Shown one piece after another: positions 37,380 through 51,853 of a stretch of DNA of 64,000 nucleotides. Source of the stretch: Takakia lepidozioides. Taxonomy: Eukaryota; Plantae; Bryophyta. The notes beneath the pieces are model-generated. The model did not search any database and had not been told where the DNA came from. It was given only the letters and a program-made list of their open reading frames with translations. Positions within the stretch are counted from its first letter, which is position 1. Every line of letters starts with the position of its first letter. The translations under genes were made by a program, and so were the position numbers. The stretch covers positions 41,292,001 through 41,356,000 of the forward strand of contig CM060732.1 of assembly GCA_030704615.1 (NCBI GenBank), written 5' to 3'.

Positions 37380-40300
37380 TCAACCTGGCAACTTGACTAT
37401 GGTGTGCTTGCGATCTGGTCCAAATGACTGCAGTCAAACCCCACATAGCGATCAGTGAAAGCCTCGAACCCTACTACTAACTTGCAGTGACGCAATGAAG
37501 GTTGTAGCATAAAAGAACTGCAGCCTGCAGTTTGTCTTTAAGAATGTAGTATGCTACCATAAAAATCTTCCGTGTGTTCATCTGTAGCAAGCCCTCTCAC
37601 TGGTATGCCCAATTCACTGACATGAAACCTTTAAACATTTGCAGTTGAGAGAAGGAAAAAGATCCAGTAATAGACGATCACTCTTAACGCCACCCACAAT
37701 GTTGACATGCTAAAACCACAGGAATTGGATAAAAAGGCACCTCAGCGCCAAGACCTTTCACCCAGACATTACTGTAGAGCTCCGATGGATCGGGTTGTGG
37801 GCTCTCCTGCACAGCAGCATAGGCAACACTGTTAAGACATACTTTACAAGATAGAATTCTTATAATCTCTTCTCTTACATTTCCTTTTTGGTGGCACAAG
37901 CCAATGAGAGATGAGGAGCCAGACCTTGGCTTTCACCAGTGCGTCATCCACTTCCTTCTTGGCTTCTTTCTCGATATTCTGCCACCCCATAATAGATACC
38001 TGTTTAATATTGGGCAACCATCCCTCCATTTCATGTTCATCCTAACAGCGACATTCACTTGTTTACCATGTTGGGAATAGATTGTCAAGGGAATACTGGT
38101 ATGTAATCCATAAGCCCGAAAGCCTGAATTCAAACCCTCTCGTGGAACAGCACCATGGAACAGCATTTTGTTTAAGACAACATGTTCAGACAGCACCATA
38201 GGCAAGCCATGTAAAGAAAGGAATAATGAAACAGAATGGAAGTAAACCTTAAGCTCTGCAACTGTGGCAATCTTGTGGTGCACCAACAATTTCCTTATTC
38301 TCTCAATTGGATCCCGTTCCTGTTCATCACACAAACAATAATTCAGGTCTCAAAAGAGAAAGAAGGTGGGGCCCTCTAAGGGATCTCACAAAACTGAAAG
38401 GGTGTAGAAGAGACTGGGGCAGGTCAGTACTATCAGGGCTGCCAGCTACTCAACTGACAGCCACCACGGACAATCTTAAGCATATTTCTAAACTTAGCAT
38501 TTAGAAAAACCAGGAAGAAACTCTCAAGCCCACTGCCAACACCAGACCCTGTTGTATTCAATAACAAAGCCTGTGAGTCAAAATCCACAAAGAGGCAAAA
38601 ATATGAGTTTTTAGACAGACCTGCCGAACGCCAGAGATCTCATCACGGGTTCGATAGGTGCTGCCTGGATCAGACATGGAGTGCCCATGGTAACGATATG
38701 TATCAAACTCCAGCACCTTCACACTCAAATTTGGTCCATAACTAAACAGCATACAGCATTCAGAATGATAAAATTCAGGACCATGAAATGAATAAAGTAC
38801 TATAAAATAGAATACAACAGCAAATATCCCACCATACAGGAATTAATCAAGGTTCCATCTTAATCTGAAGACAAGCACTTGTTGAGGTTTGTCTTAGCAA
38901 TGAAGACACAGCCTTACAATGAGAGCTAAGAGATGCCATTGGTGGCTTCTGTTTCCAGTCGAAGATGAGGTGGGAAAGAATACAGGGAGAAGTGGCTCAC
39001 AAAAGGACCATTCTTCAGAGCATACTTCTTAGCATACGAAACAGCTTGCTTCACTGCCAAGCAGTCCATGCCATCCACCTGCTCCATCAACCCATGCCAT
39101 AACCACCAAAGGACCATTTTGCAGTCACTGAGAACACACTGCAGCAAATATCACTAGCACTGGAACAAAACAGCGGCTGCACTAAGGACACATGTTAAAC
39201 AGCTCTATTTAGGTACAGGGTTATCGAAACACATTATTGAATGAGAGTGCTACAGCAAGACCAACAAACTGTCCAGTAGTGCGGGGGCCTTGGACAAAAC
39301 TACCAGCTTTGACAGGGCACAAAAGGGGAGAAGATAGTAGGGAGAGGGGTAAAATAAAGAAAAAGGATAGCAACAAGTTATATGGGAAAGGAAGGTCAAA
39401 CTCAGCCCTATAATGAATGAAGACATTAAATTGGCCTTGGGTAATCAATCGAAAACAATCAATGCAAAGTTGTGTGCAGTAATTATGGATAGGTAGAACC
39501 TTAAGGCCAGGCACGTAGTCTCCACGCGTGTAATATTCAGGGCTCTTAGCTGACCGCCACTCAGCTGTACCCATTCCATCTGCATCACATCACCACGTCA
39601 CAGTCTTTGGGGTTGGGTCAAAGAATTCCCCAGAACATGCGGAAACCTCTTGAGACATGTTGCACAGCAATCACAGAAGACACTAAGTGCCAAATCCTAC
39701 ATTGTCATCACATACAACTTAACTGGAGAGTGGTTTGCAGTTCAATTGTCTGGTACACTACCACCATCACCCATGAAGCCAAAACAATTACTGTGCCAAC
39801 CACTATGAAGGCTGTGACCTATAGAAGTATCTAAGTATGTGACAGGAGGACGGAGGGAGAAAAGGGTGGAACCTCTCAACCTCTCTTTCAGCCCCAATCC
39901 CGGAATCCTCTCCCTCTTCACACAGACTTTCCAAACAACTGTGGCACAGGTTCGAATGAAAGTTGTCTAAAATCATAGCATTACTTTATCAAGAATATGG
40001 AAACTTCATGGAGGTATCTTCAAGGGGCTGAATTCTAATTCAAGCTAATAAGAATCAGCCAAGAATGTGGCATGTATGTGCGAACAAGATAAAATGGGGG
40101 TCACGTTGGGACCCCTGATACTCACAGTGATTATTCTCACAAACGTAGATCACCGGCAAGCTCCAAAGAGCCGCTATATTCATGGCCTCAAATAATTGGC
40201 CCTGATTGGCAGCACCATCTCCATACAAAGACATTGTTACACCTTCCACCTTCAAGTACTTCTGAGCAAATGCAAGACCCGCACCCAAGGGCGTCTGCGC

Positions 40301-40840
40301 ACCAACAATACCATTACCCCCGAAAAACCCATTCTTCTTATTATACATGTGCATTGACCCTCCTTTTCCTTGAGAGCAGCCACCCTTGCGGCCCATAAGC
40401 TCTGAGAAAACCTCCAGCACTGTGCCCCCTCTCCCCAAGTGCGTACAGTGGTCCCTGTAAGCCGTAATAATGCAGTCCTTTTTGTTCAATGCCGCCTCCA
40501 TCCCCACGCACACCGCCTCCTGCCCATCATACAGATGACAGAACCCTCGAATGAATTTGGACTTATAGAGAGAGTCAGCCGCAATCTCCATGCGTCGCAT
40601 GACGAACATTGACCGGAAGAAATTCATCAGCTCCTTGGACGATGTCTGCACTGACAAAGAAGGAGGGTCACACTTGTGTGCCTTAAAGGGGACAGGCACC
40701 TCAATTGTGATAGAATCCGAACTAAAGGCTCTTTGCCAAATGCTGGAAATGGGGGTCAGAGAGGCAGCGGAAGAAGACGCGGCTTGAAACCCATGAGGGC
40801 AAAGCAGCTTGTGGCTCCTTCTCCATAATTGCTGCGCCAT
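37380..40840 (-). CDS. PDHA: Pyruvate dehydrogenase E1 alpha subunit, mitochondrial, 8 exons
   Basis: Exons 40126-40840, 39500-39579, 39001-39078, 38621-38716, 38248-38319, 37925-37978, 37741-37806, 37380-37427. Mitochondrial presequence, [23 protein letters not shown] motif [24 protein letters not shown]. Confidence 0.96.
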
Positions 40841-41097
40841 GACTGTGGAGAGATTGTGAGGAAGCACCAACAGATGAGGAAAGGAAGGCAAGTGGCAGAG
40901 GAAGGCAGGTAGTTGTAAGGTGAAGAGGCCCCACCCCACAGCATTTGTGGGATGAATCACTGAGCTATCAGTGCACGTGTAGATGAATATAGGCTGACTT
41001 TAGGATGTATGAAGCTCCGACTGGATGACAGACTGCCAAGGAAGAGTCCCCAAGAAAGCGGGCGAGGTGACTTGGCAAGGGAGGGGGAAGCAGACGG

Positions 41098-44000
41098 ATG
41101 GCCATGGTGCTGCACCGGACCTTGCGAGGGCTGTGTTTCAAGACAGGATGGACATACGCTGTGTTTTGGAAACTGAAGCGTCGAAATCGCATGTGGGTTC
41201 CTCCTACTTGGGGCTTTTCCTCCCGGTCTGGGTGTTTGTTTTCCAGATTTATGCACATGAAGCTGCCTGCTGCCTGTGCTGGTCTCGTTGCATTTTTGTT
41301 GTGAAGTCCTTTTGTTTGGCGAGTTCATGTATCGCCTCTTTGTTCCCTAGGAGGTTTCCAGTGTCATTCTCGCTAAGTGCGACGCAGGTTCTTTGCTCCG
41401 AGGTTGTGGGGACATGTAGGTTATTCAGGCACAGGACGAGCTGAGGACAAGTTGATTTGTTTCAGTGACGGGGCGGTAAGTGCTGGTTGGATGGACTTGC
41501 TGGAATGGCGAGGCATCGCGTAGCTTTTCTGGATAGGGTCGAGCTTATTGGACTCTCGCAGCTGAGTATTGGTTGGGTTCCATTTTCTGTTTAGCTGGTA
41601 TCCACGAACAGCAGGGTGTAACCGTCTCAATCCAGCATTTGGGAAGGATTGTTTGTAGCAGCCCGGTGTTGGGTGGGCAACGCCCATTTTGGCAGTCCAT
41701 TGTTGTTGTCCCTTGGAAAGTTTGGGAAGGAATGTTGAGAGACTCTCTTACAACGATGGTTTCCATAGAAGAAGGGTAGCTGGACCACTTCTATCTCAGT
41801 CATGAGAGTCCCGGACAGCACTCCCTCGTTCAATACTGCGGTCCATACAAGAGAACAATTCAGGTCTTCTTGGCAATATGTGGATATCAGTTGTTTTCAA
41901 ATTAAAGGCTTTCAGTTGACATTACAGTGTCCCTAAAAGCTATCTGAGTTCCGAGAAGGTACCTCTAGTCAAATCTAAAATCTCTCTTTTGTACAAGCTC
42001 TCTCTTGGCATAAACTCCGAGCCTTCCTGTTTTGGTTTGATGTAAGGAAGGTCTTGTGCAATTACTTATAGTGTTTGTTATTGGATATCTCTGAAAGCCA
42101 GATGTGTTATCTGATTTCTTTTTTTTTATTGGTGATACCCGTGTGTGAGGTAGCTTCATTGCAGTCAGCTTGTGCATTGTACATCACAAAAGATCACAAA
42201 AAGATCACAAAAACATAGCGAGAAGTATCATGGTTCAAGTTTTGCTTAGCTGAACCATTTAAAGAAGCTCTTGGTTGTCAGGTAATCACCGCTTTGTGAT
42301 GTCTATCAATGGTCTCAGTTGTCCCAAGCAGCTGCATGGTAGGTAGGCTAGCAGGAATTACTAAAGTCTCCGTCCTTTTGCCTATGACAATTACTTTCTT
42401 CTGACTGTCTCAGGGTGCTGACTTGGGAGGATGGATATTACGAGTATCCAAAGTTGCCTGTAATGGAGTCGTCACCCCTCTTGGAAGGATCCCATGCCCT
42501 GCTTCCAGGTGGCCAATATCCTCCAGGGGAAGGTGCAGATCATCTCATGGGAGGGGCAGCTGCAGCAGAAGATCGCATTGGCCTAGCTGTCGCCAAGATG
42601 TCGTATCATGTCTACTCTTTGGGGGAAGGGTATGGGTTGCTTCATGTTCCCCTAGCAAGCATTGTTTGTCTAGGGCAGCTTACAGTTTTCTTCTATCAAA
42701 CTTTATTTTTGTCCTGGTTCCTATGTTTTCATCTTGAAACGCTCTTCTTTACCTTGGATGTGGCTATCTCATTATCTTTCGTTATATCTCAATTGTGTTC
42801 ATAGTGTACTAGGCTCTCACAATGACGGTTTGTTCTTAATAGTGTCATTTATTTTATTAACACAACAGTTTAAGCAAGATACTTACCCACATGCAGTGAT
42901 GCAGAGACTCCTAAAGCGATGACAAAGGAATTTGAGTTGTAGCAGTCAATGCATAAAATCATGTAAATTTGCTAGCCGCTACTTTGGCTTTAGTCTACAG
43001 GAGATTATCAGCAGTTGTTGTGTGAAGGTATGATCAGAAATCATGGAATTGAGATCAGAAGCATTCTCGCATCAAGACCTAATTCCTGCAGAGACCATGC
43101 CTTTCATTGAACCCCTCCGTCATGCAGAATTATCGGACGGGTGGCATTCACACACAAGCATCAGTGGATATTTGGGAATGCAGAGAAGCCTGGGTGTGGT
43201 GATGGTACCACAGGCAGTCGCACAAGCAGCCGGCCAATACTTGAGAAGGTTAACACTCTGACAGCCCTACTCTTCAGACTCTGTCTCAGCTCTCGCTGTA
43301 TTTACACTTGAAAACAACAATTGGGCCTTGTTGGAAAGCAGGCCGCTTTGCTCTTTGTGGTTGCCTGCGTACATGAGGGGGGTCCCCTCACGGCAAAAAG
43401 ATTTGCCTGTGGTAATCTGTTGGTGATGCCAAGAGGTTGTGATCTTTGATCTATCCATAGACCACTACTTTCTCTTTCTTGCTGGTTCACTTGCTCTATA
43501 GGTGTACCGTATTTACACTTTGAGTGTAAATAAGCCACATGGGGATTGGTCACCCACACTTATGTACCAAGCAGATGGAATATCAGCACTGATGTGCCTT
43601 TGATACCCCTTTCGAGGATAAGTGGATTAACTCTTATAAAGCAAGCACCCACTTGAGTTGTACTAAGGCTTCTATCATGTTGGGATTGTAGTATCCGGCT
43701 GGATGGCAACATCAATTTTCAGCTGGAGTCAAGGTAAGTCTGGCCATGACACTTCCCTCTGGGTAACTCGGTTATTTTTCTCTCTGATAGGTTATGAAGC
43801 TCTACTATTGTGGAATGTCCCTTCTGCTGGTGTACTGTTTGTCTGGTCTAATCACACATACAGAAGTTGGGATGTGTACTGTAAGTCACTAGCTAAACAA
43901 GTCTGGAATGGACTGCTTTTATAATCACGTCAGTCATTTTGGCACTGACATACAGCAAATTGCCTAGAATTCCTTGATGGAATATAATTGTGCTGTTGAT

Positions 44001-47000
44001 GCTCTTCTGTCTTGTCTATGTGCTCAGTCAATCACTTCCACATTTTTGCATGATGGGCTTAAGCTTTGGATGACAATGAGGACTTGGTGCAGACAATTGC
44101 GGTGGTTGCAGTTCCCCAGGGTGTTGTACAGCTTGGCTCCACACAATTGGTGTGTCTCAAATGCCTTATGTGTATTTAGGGAAAATGGTGTGCAGTATGT
44201 TCTGGGCAGTTGGAGTGGGACATAATGGGCAATGTCTAGGATTTTGGTAGGGACCTCTTTGATCGTATGAGTTTACCCTGGCGAGTAGGCATTGATCAGT
44301 TTTTGACATGCATGCTTAAGTCTCTGCATATCAATAGTTGTATAAAACTTGTCGTTACAGATTCTCGAAGTCCGATTTTACTCCAGTATTGATGTTTGTG
44401 TGTAAACTCTTTGTAAAAATGCACAAAGACGCTTACCTGCATTCCACTGGATCAACTGGATCAATTTTCCTAGTATTTGATGCAATTTGTTTTGATTGTG
44501 TGTGTTTTATATCATATTTTATGGTTGATTATATGATGATGGATCATGGGTAATAAGTCGCGTTCAGTCAAGTCAGTACACTCGTGAAAAGACATGGAAA
44601 GTGCACTCAACTGAGGAAAGTTACACACCAAAAGGAGAAGTCTTCATGTTGCTTTTGTGACTAGCAGTTTAGGATCGGTTTTAATTCTGCAGCAGTTCTC
44701 TGGGCTCTATGTGTCTCTGCATACAGATTAAGGAGGATCTAAGCTTGGTGGCACACGTGAGGGCTTTGTTTGGAGCCCTTCAAAGTGTTCCTGGGGCGTT
44801 TTTGTCAGATTATGTTCCTGAACTGCAAGCTGGACAGGTGCAGGGTGTGTATCCGCTGGGGATGCCCATGCATCATACTAGCAAAATGAGCACCACAAGC
44901 ATGCTTCAGGTACAGGCTGGCCAAGTAAACAGTTTGTCAAGGGTGGCTATGGGCCCTGTGGGAAGTAGCCCGCTTGCGATGCAAAACTCAGTCAAAATGA
45001 AGAATGGCCCATCTGCACTGACAGGGATTAGTCCTATTTCGTCACTTAAACAGATGCACATGCACTCCCAGTACCAAAACTCGTCGTCTGACTCCAGCTT
45101 CCACACCAATGGTACAGTACATGTACCACAGCAACAGCAGGCTTCACCACTGTTGGGTCAGTCACACTCTTGGCAGGTCGCCATGTCTGGGGGATCTCAC
45201 CTTGGGACCTCTGGTTTTGTACCTACCCCTCCACACGAGTGTCATCCATGGAGAAATTTTGGTCCTGTCTCTGGGGAGAACACTAGTGTGGCTTCCTCCT
45301 TGGTGGAGCTTTGTGCAATGACGGGTATAAATACAAGCGTGCATCCTACAGCGTGGGCTTGTTATGAGGGCACAGGATTGAACCTTGCAGAGCAGAATGA
45401 GGCCAAATCACAAGGTCAGTTGCAATCTATTGCAGAGAAACTTCACAGTGAGTTCAGAGAGTTGCAACCGAACTTCAATAGACCTGTTAGGATCCAACAA
45501 GCAAGCCACATGGAAGAAAAAGGGAATTTTGTTGGCCAGGTGCCAGTCAACCTCCCAGTCCTCAGGAGTGGGGAGTCCCTTTTGTTTCCTGAAAGTCTTG
45601 GAAGTATGGACACAGCAGTGGTTAATCCAAGGGACTCTGTTTTACATCCGTGGACCATGGTGGGGGTACCAAACAAGAGGGATGAAGAACGGGTCTTACC
45701 ATCAGAGAAACAGGGGCTTTCTTCTCTCCCAGTGAGCCAGCTGTCAAGTGGCCACTTTAGTCCAAGCAGAGGTCTACCACCAACTACACCATATGACTTA
45801 CTTTCCATGTTGCCTGAGCACAGTGATGTGCCCAAGTCAAAGGGCTTGTCGTTAACTTCAAGCTTGCAATACAATGGGCCAGCCAGAGGCTTTGATTTTC
45901 CCACCTTGGACACCCCAGACAGTGTTAGACTTCCACCACTTGGGGTATGTTTGGATGCTATGGGACATGAGGAACAATTAGTGCGGAAATGGGGTAAACC
46001 AACCGAGGTGGTTACTGCTGATGGGTTGTTGCCCTTAACAGGCAACACCAAATATCCTGAACTAACCTTTGGTGGTGACCTCTGTGGGGCCATGGTTGGC
46101 TCTCCTCAGTTAGGCACTGATGATCTGAAAGCATACATAGCATCATTAACTTTGGCCCATTGCCAGCAGCAGGACCAGACATCACGACTTTCACAGTTTG
46201 CAATTAGTGACGAGCTGTCGATGGCCCTATGCCCATCTCTCAAGAGGGGCACAGAGAGGATCTTGGAAAACTCACTGGCAAGAGATGGCACGGAGAAGTT
46301 TGGAACATCACTTGATGGTCTCCCGGCACCTTTTGACAGCCGCCTATTACTGGACCGAGTAAGGTGTGGCTCTGGTCTTAGAGATGAGATGCAGGAGAAC
46401 AGTGGTCCAAATGTTCCGAGTTTGGATGAAGTAGAATCCAAACCTATCCAGGATGCCACATTGGCTGTGGCTGTGTCTGTGTCTGGCATAACAAACATTC
46501 CCACTTCATCAATGTGCTACAATATTGACAGCCACTGTTGGAATCAATTGCAACCACACTGTAAGACAGGTCATCAGGTGAACTTGGAGGTGCAAAGCAC
46601 GTCCAGGCTGAATTTGGATGACTGTGACTCAAACCCAATGCAACTGTCAAGGTTAAGTACTGAGATTTTGCATCGACCGAGTGCATTGCTAAGTTTGCCG
46701 ATGCAAGATGAGACCAGGCTATTTGATCAGCCACAGGTTACCCATTCGGAAGGGGCGGAACGCATGTGGCCACGTGCAGGACAGCTGCACCAGAGCAAGA
46801 TTCTGGCCAGCAACTGTCACAATGAAGGGTCCATGAAATGGTTTGAGACTCACTCTTTGTTAAAGGCTGGGGTTAGTGCTCAGTGTACAGACAGTCTCAA
46901 GGACAAAGATGAGGAAGGAAGTACTACTGAGTCCTCTGGGGCAAAGATGCAGGAGGAGGTTGGAAAATTGGGTAGGAAAAGGGCTAGATCTGGGGAGAAC

Positions 47001-49832
47001 CCCAGACCGCGCCCTAAAGACAGGCAGCAGATACAAGATCGTGTTCAGGAGCTTCGTGAGATTGTGCCAAATGTTACCAAGGTGTCCCTTTTTTCTGTCC
47101 CAACTTCCCTGCCTGTTGAGTGGGACATATAAATGTCAGAAGCTTTGACAAGCTAGCTGTAGGTGTATGTTTTCTCTCTTTCTTTGGATATTCTCTCTTT
47201 ATCCTTTCTTGACTCCCCACTTTTCTTGATAATACTTTAGGCAAGGATTATGCACTGGTGTTTGGCTAGGCCTGATGACTTCATGTACCTGTGTTCGGTG
47301 TTGGGTCTGGCCTGAATGGAGCAGTGTAGCATAGATGCGTTGTTGGAGAGGACCATCAAACACATGCACTTTTTGCAGAGTGTGACACAGCAGGGTCACA
47401 AGTGGAAACAGGCTGGGGAGTTCAAGGTGATTCTCCCTTACTTTTCCTATGAGGTCCATTCCAAATACACATGTTCTTCATCAAATTTTCTAGCCATGTC
47501 TCCAGTAATTTCTGTTGGTGGTTAGTGGTTGTCCACGACAGAATACTAGCTCAGCAATGAAAGAAGAAGAGAGGGCATAACAAAGCATTTGATAAAGTGA
47601 CTCACCTAGAAGCCTGGGGGCCATTCTTTAGTCTTGCGCTTCTTCTTCTCTCCCAACTTTTCTTGAATTGAAGATGATTTCACAATTTGTTCACTGTCAC
47701 AAAACCATCTCACATCCTCTTAGAACCGTACTGTCTTTCACTGTTCTCTTTACTTACTCTGTATCCTCCTTCATTTCATTTAACTCTTTTGTTTTGGAGT
47801 TCCCCTCCCTATTACGGTGAGTAATAGGGAGTTTACCCTATTACTGTGAGTTATCCTACTGTACTCGATATGTTAAAGAACACCACAAAAACATCTAGGA
47901 ACTTACATGGTCACAACAGAAGGAGACACGGCAGGTGCTCCACGTCTCTCTAGTGCCATACTTGCAGCAGGAGTCAATGAGTTATTGGACAACTTCAACT
48001 GGACCGAATCTCGCTTTGATGCATGTGGTCTTGACAGGGGCATGATATGGAGAGCAACCTTGTGACGACCCAAAATGATTTAGAGAGTGGTGCCAGTTGG
48101 GCGCTGGAAGTAGGTGGGCAGGGAATTGGCTGCCCAATCATTGTGGAGAATCTAAGTCAGCCTCACCAATTTCTTGTTGAGGTTACTTACTCCCTATTAC
48201 TTGCACTTGGACGAATATTCGGCTGCATTGTTAGGCAATGATCACAGCACCTAACAGGCAGTATAGAAGTTGGGCATGTTGCTGTGTGGGCTCTGGTTCA
48301 GTCCTGAAAACCAATCCAGTGCACCAAGATAGGGTATGCTTGTGGCCAGGATTGGAGATACTTTATGTGGTTTTACAAGTTGCAGACAACTGGTTCAAAG
48401 TTAGTTTGTCCCGAAAAGGGGACGTGGGAACAGCCGTGTTGGGAAATTGGATATATGGCCAGATCTTGGCTGTGGTCAAGGGAGCTGTGAGTTGGTTCCC
48501 TACATTGAAGAGAAGAATGACTCTCAGGGAAGTGCAGTTCAGGAAAAGTTGTTGTCATGATTCTTCTGATAGCTGGGCATGGGTGGGTGAGTTGTATGCG
48601 TATGCAAAAGAGTTGATGGTGAATACGGCTTTACTCATGAATACTGTACTCACATTAGTATGGTGATGAAAAGGAGGCTGCTGAAAGTGGGCTGGCAGCC
48701 TACCTCCTTTATGTGCATGGTCAATGACATGTAGTTCAATTATAACCGGTTTGTACATCTAGACTGGAGTATTGATACTGAACTTCAGCTAATGGATTTT
48801 ATTCTCTCTTAAGAAGCTTCCCGAGTGGGAAAGAAAAGTTTCTAATGAAATGAACTGTGTTCCAGATGCTGTGTGAGGAGAACGAGCTCTTTTTAGAGAT
48901 AGCAGACAACATTCGGGGGCTGGGCCTCACCATTCTGAAGGGTATCATGAAGGCACGCAATGACAAGATTTGGGCTCGCTTCATGGTTGAGGTATCCCGC
49001 TTCTGACAAGTACTCTTCTGTCTGTTAGCCCTTGTAAGTAGACCGAATGCACGTCATGATTTCATCAGCTGGGTTGTGGACCAAGAGATTAATTTACCAC
49101 TTCAGAGCTTCTCAATCATGCCAGTAAGGGAGTTCAATGCGACAGGAAGTTGCCCTATGTAGGAACCTATAATCCTATATTTGTCAGGTTTGTGCAGTCA
49201 AGTTTCCCAGTAGTATGTAGGCCCCACTTCTCTTACTCTGCCGGTAAGCCAAGTTACAGTTTGGTGTCCATAGTTGCTTAGTTCCCAAGGCTTGTGTGGG
49301 TAGTCGCATATTTTACTGCCTCTAGCACCAACTTCCGTGCCACTGATTATTTTCTGAGTTTTGAACACCAACCTGCTTTCACACCTGCTATCCTGCAACT
49401 AGGTCACTGCTTCAAGTTTTTCAAATAAAGGATGTTTGCCTTTCTTCCAGGGCTTGTTGTTACTGGCGAGACTCTGGTTGTCATAGGTGGAAAATAGTAG
49501 CATTGTATATTTGTGTTGTGAACCTGGCAGGATGCTTTTTCCCTTCTAGTGTGAGTCGATAAGACTCTGTGTGTGTCCTGGGAAGGCAGAATTTTATAGA
49601 TCATCTCCTCTGTTGCAATAAAGGGGTCTTAAGTTCTGTAACTTGACACATGAGATGAATTTTGGAATTGCAAGTGTACTACAGAATATCTATCAATATT
49701 GGATCTAGCAGGTTGGCTCTCAAAGTTATCTTGCTGTTGGGATGATTGCTGCAGGCCTTGAAGGAGGTGCATCGACTTGACGTCTTGTGGTCTCTTACCC
49801 AGCTGCTTCACCCAGACACAAAAATGGGCTAA
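41098..49832 (+). CDS. LHW: LONESOME HIGHWAY (LHW/EMB1444)-family atypical bHLH transcription factor, 10 exons
   Basis: Exons 41098-41192, 42414-42629, 43128-43248, 43692-43733, 44093-44149, 44727-47081, 47325-47426, 48038-48181, 48866-48991, 49755-49832. MYC-type N-terminal domain (WTYAVFWK..LTWEDGYY..QFSAG.KTIAVVAV..GVVQLGS), PRPRPKDRQQIQDRVQELREIVPN..CSIDALLERTIKHM, and an ACT-like C-terminus. Confidence 0.93.
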
Positions 49833-51655
49833 TCACTTGGGTAATCAAGTTTACCAAGGACCCGACTGGGAGCATTGACTTACGAAAGGCAATCAGGGCT
49901 GGACGATCTCATTTGTCTTGCTCCAATTCATTGACATCAGAGCTCCTCCTACCACACAAGAGGAAAGACAATGGGATTATGTGGAGCTGTGTGGGGGCAG
50001 GCTTGTGAAGATTTGGAAGGGGACTATCTTCACGTGGCGCTCTCCTGGAAATCCAAGCAGAATGTCCCTTTTTAGGGATGGCAAGTTGTCTACCCACCAG
50101 CAGCTCCTCTTGCGTGAAGTGAGCCTGTCATTTTGCAGCAGTGCTTTCCTCCAGCAGACTCAACAGTGAAGCCTCTTCCTCTTGTGTAAGCATTTGACTT
50201 GGAAGGCTATGTCCGACCATGGCATCGAGTCAATTTTCCACTACTGACTTGCAGCTGTTGTGGTAGGGCTGTGAGCCAGTCCTTTGCTGCTCCCAATGGA
50301 TGGATGCCTTGTTGGCACCCATCCATATCCGCAAGCAGACTCACTAGGGGTGCGTGTGATGCTGGAGTAGGTCTCGAGACCATAGACCTATGATGACTGA
50401 TCCTAGGAAAAGTGAGTTTCACTCCTACTCTTTCCTTCGTAGCGATATTTTGCACAGATCTACCGGTCCTTCTCTCCCAACTCCATCTGCATTGCGATTA
50501 GGATGAAAAGCTTTAAAATTGGTTTGCGCAGTAGTCTTACAGTGATTTGGAGTGTTGAAGGGAGGTTGGAGTTCTCTGTGTCTTGAGGGCTGGCCAACAT
50601 CTTGGCCGATTTTTTGCATCACGCCTGGGACACGAACAGATACTGAGTACAGGGATACATTTGGTCATGTTTATGAGCATTCTCGAGATCCACCGTCAGG
50701 AGCTGACGATGTCAGTGAGAAGGTTGTTGCAGAGATGGCACACTTTCATTTGGTTACCTTCCAAATGTGGTGGTATTCAAATGGTAAGGATGCATCGGAG
50801 AGATTCCAACATTTGGAGAAGTATGATTTGGCTCCACCACAAGCCAGTTCTACAGGTTTTTGGGACTTTGCAGCTCTTGAGGAGTTGTCTTTCAAATGTT
50901 CCTGTTAAATGGATTTGAGATACAGGGTATGAATTTGTATCCCTTTTGAAGAAAATATGAACTGTTCTCCTTACCCATTTGTATATGGCATTTCAGCCCT
51001 TGGTGTATACATCAAAATGATCAACAAGAGACTTGTTATGTGTTAAGTTAGGAGTTTTTTTCAACCCACTTGATGTCAGCTATGTCATGTCTCTGTCTCC
51101 CTCCTCTCTTTCTTCCTGTGTGTTTGAAGTGTGGTTGATTTGAGTGCAAAAACTGTCTTGGCTAGGACTTCCGGTGTTTGACACACTCATTACATCTGCA
51201 CCCTCTGTTTGGGACTGAAGGAAAATTCCAATTCTAAGAATCTAACATGCTACAAGCAGCTGATCCTGGACGAAGTTGTGCATGGCTATGGATATGTAGT
51301 TGATGCTTATATATTTAGTATTCCTCAATATATTAATGATCAGTAGTGTTCACCAAAAGCTATTTGATTGTGCACTTTGTAAGGACATCTGCACATAATC
51401 TGTTCTATGTTGCCTCCAATACATTCTGAATTCCATGAACTTCTTTCCTGAAACTTTGGAGGCAGTTGACAACTGCAGCAACGTCTAGCTCACTTTCTTA
51501 ACTCTACTATCCCCAGGACTGGAGCTGAACAATGAGGTGTTCCCTTTTTGTCACATGGTCAGATGAGAATTGCTCCGTGTTACAAAGGGCACCAAAGACA
51601 ACTGAGAGAAGCAAGATACAAAATTCCTAGTGCAGCCCCCTTGTTCCCGAAGGTG
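49496..51655 (+). repeat. Segmental direct repeat, copy A (end of last LHW intron, last exon, 3' region, upstream region of arsH)
   Basis: Colinear with 55410-57623 from AGTAGCATTGTATATTTG to CCCCCTTGTTCCCGAAGGTG, with scattered substitutions and indels. Confidence 0.95.
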
Positions 51656-51853
51656 AGGGGGAGGCAGAGTAAGAGAAGTGGGGCCTACATACAACTGGGA
51701 AACTTGACTGCACAAAGCTGACAAATACAGGATTATAGGTTCCTACAGAGGGCAACTTCCTGTCGAATTGAACTCCCTTACTCGCGAAACGAAAGAGGTC
51801 GGGCCAGGGTTTTGAGGGTGGAGGTAGAGACAACGGGCCCGGGAGGTACAGTG

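Noticed and set aside
40841-40960. Longer N-terminus for PDH E1-alpha from the ORF track (start 40960)
   Set aside because: That start is not an ATG; the ATG at 40840 begins a typical mitochondrial presequence.
45443-46734. Antisense ORFs (216, 132 and 96 aa) inside the long LHW exon
   Set aside because: Shadow frames of a real coding exon with no independent domain evidence.
49900-50920. LRR/NLR-like pseudogene in the duplicated segment
   Set aside because: Only a faint resemblance (FAALEELSFKC), and the frames break differently in copies A and B; more simply LHW 3' UTR or intergenic DNA.
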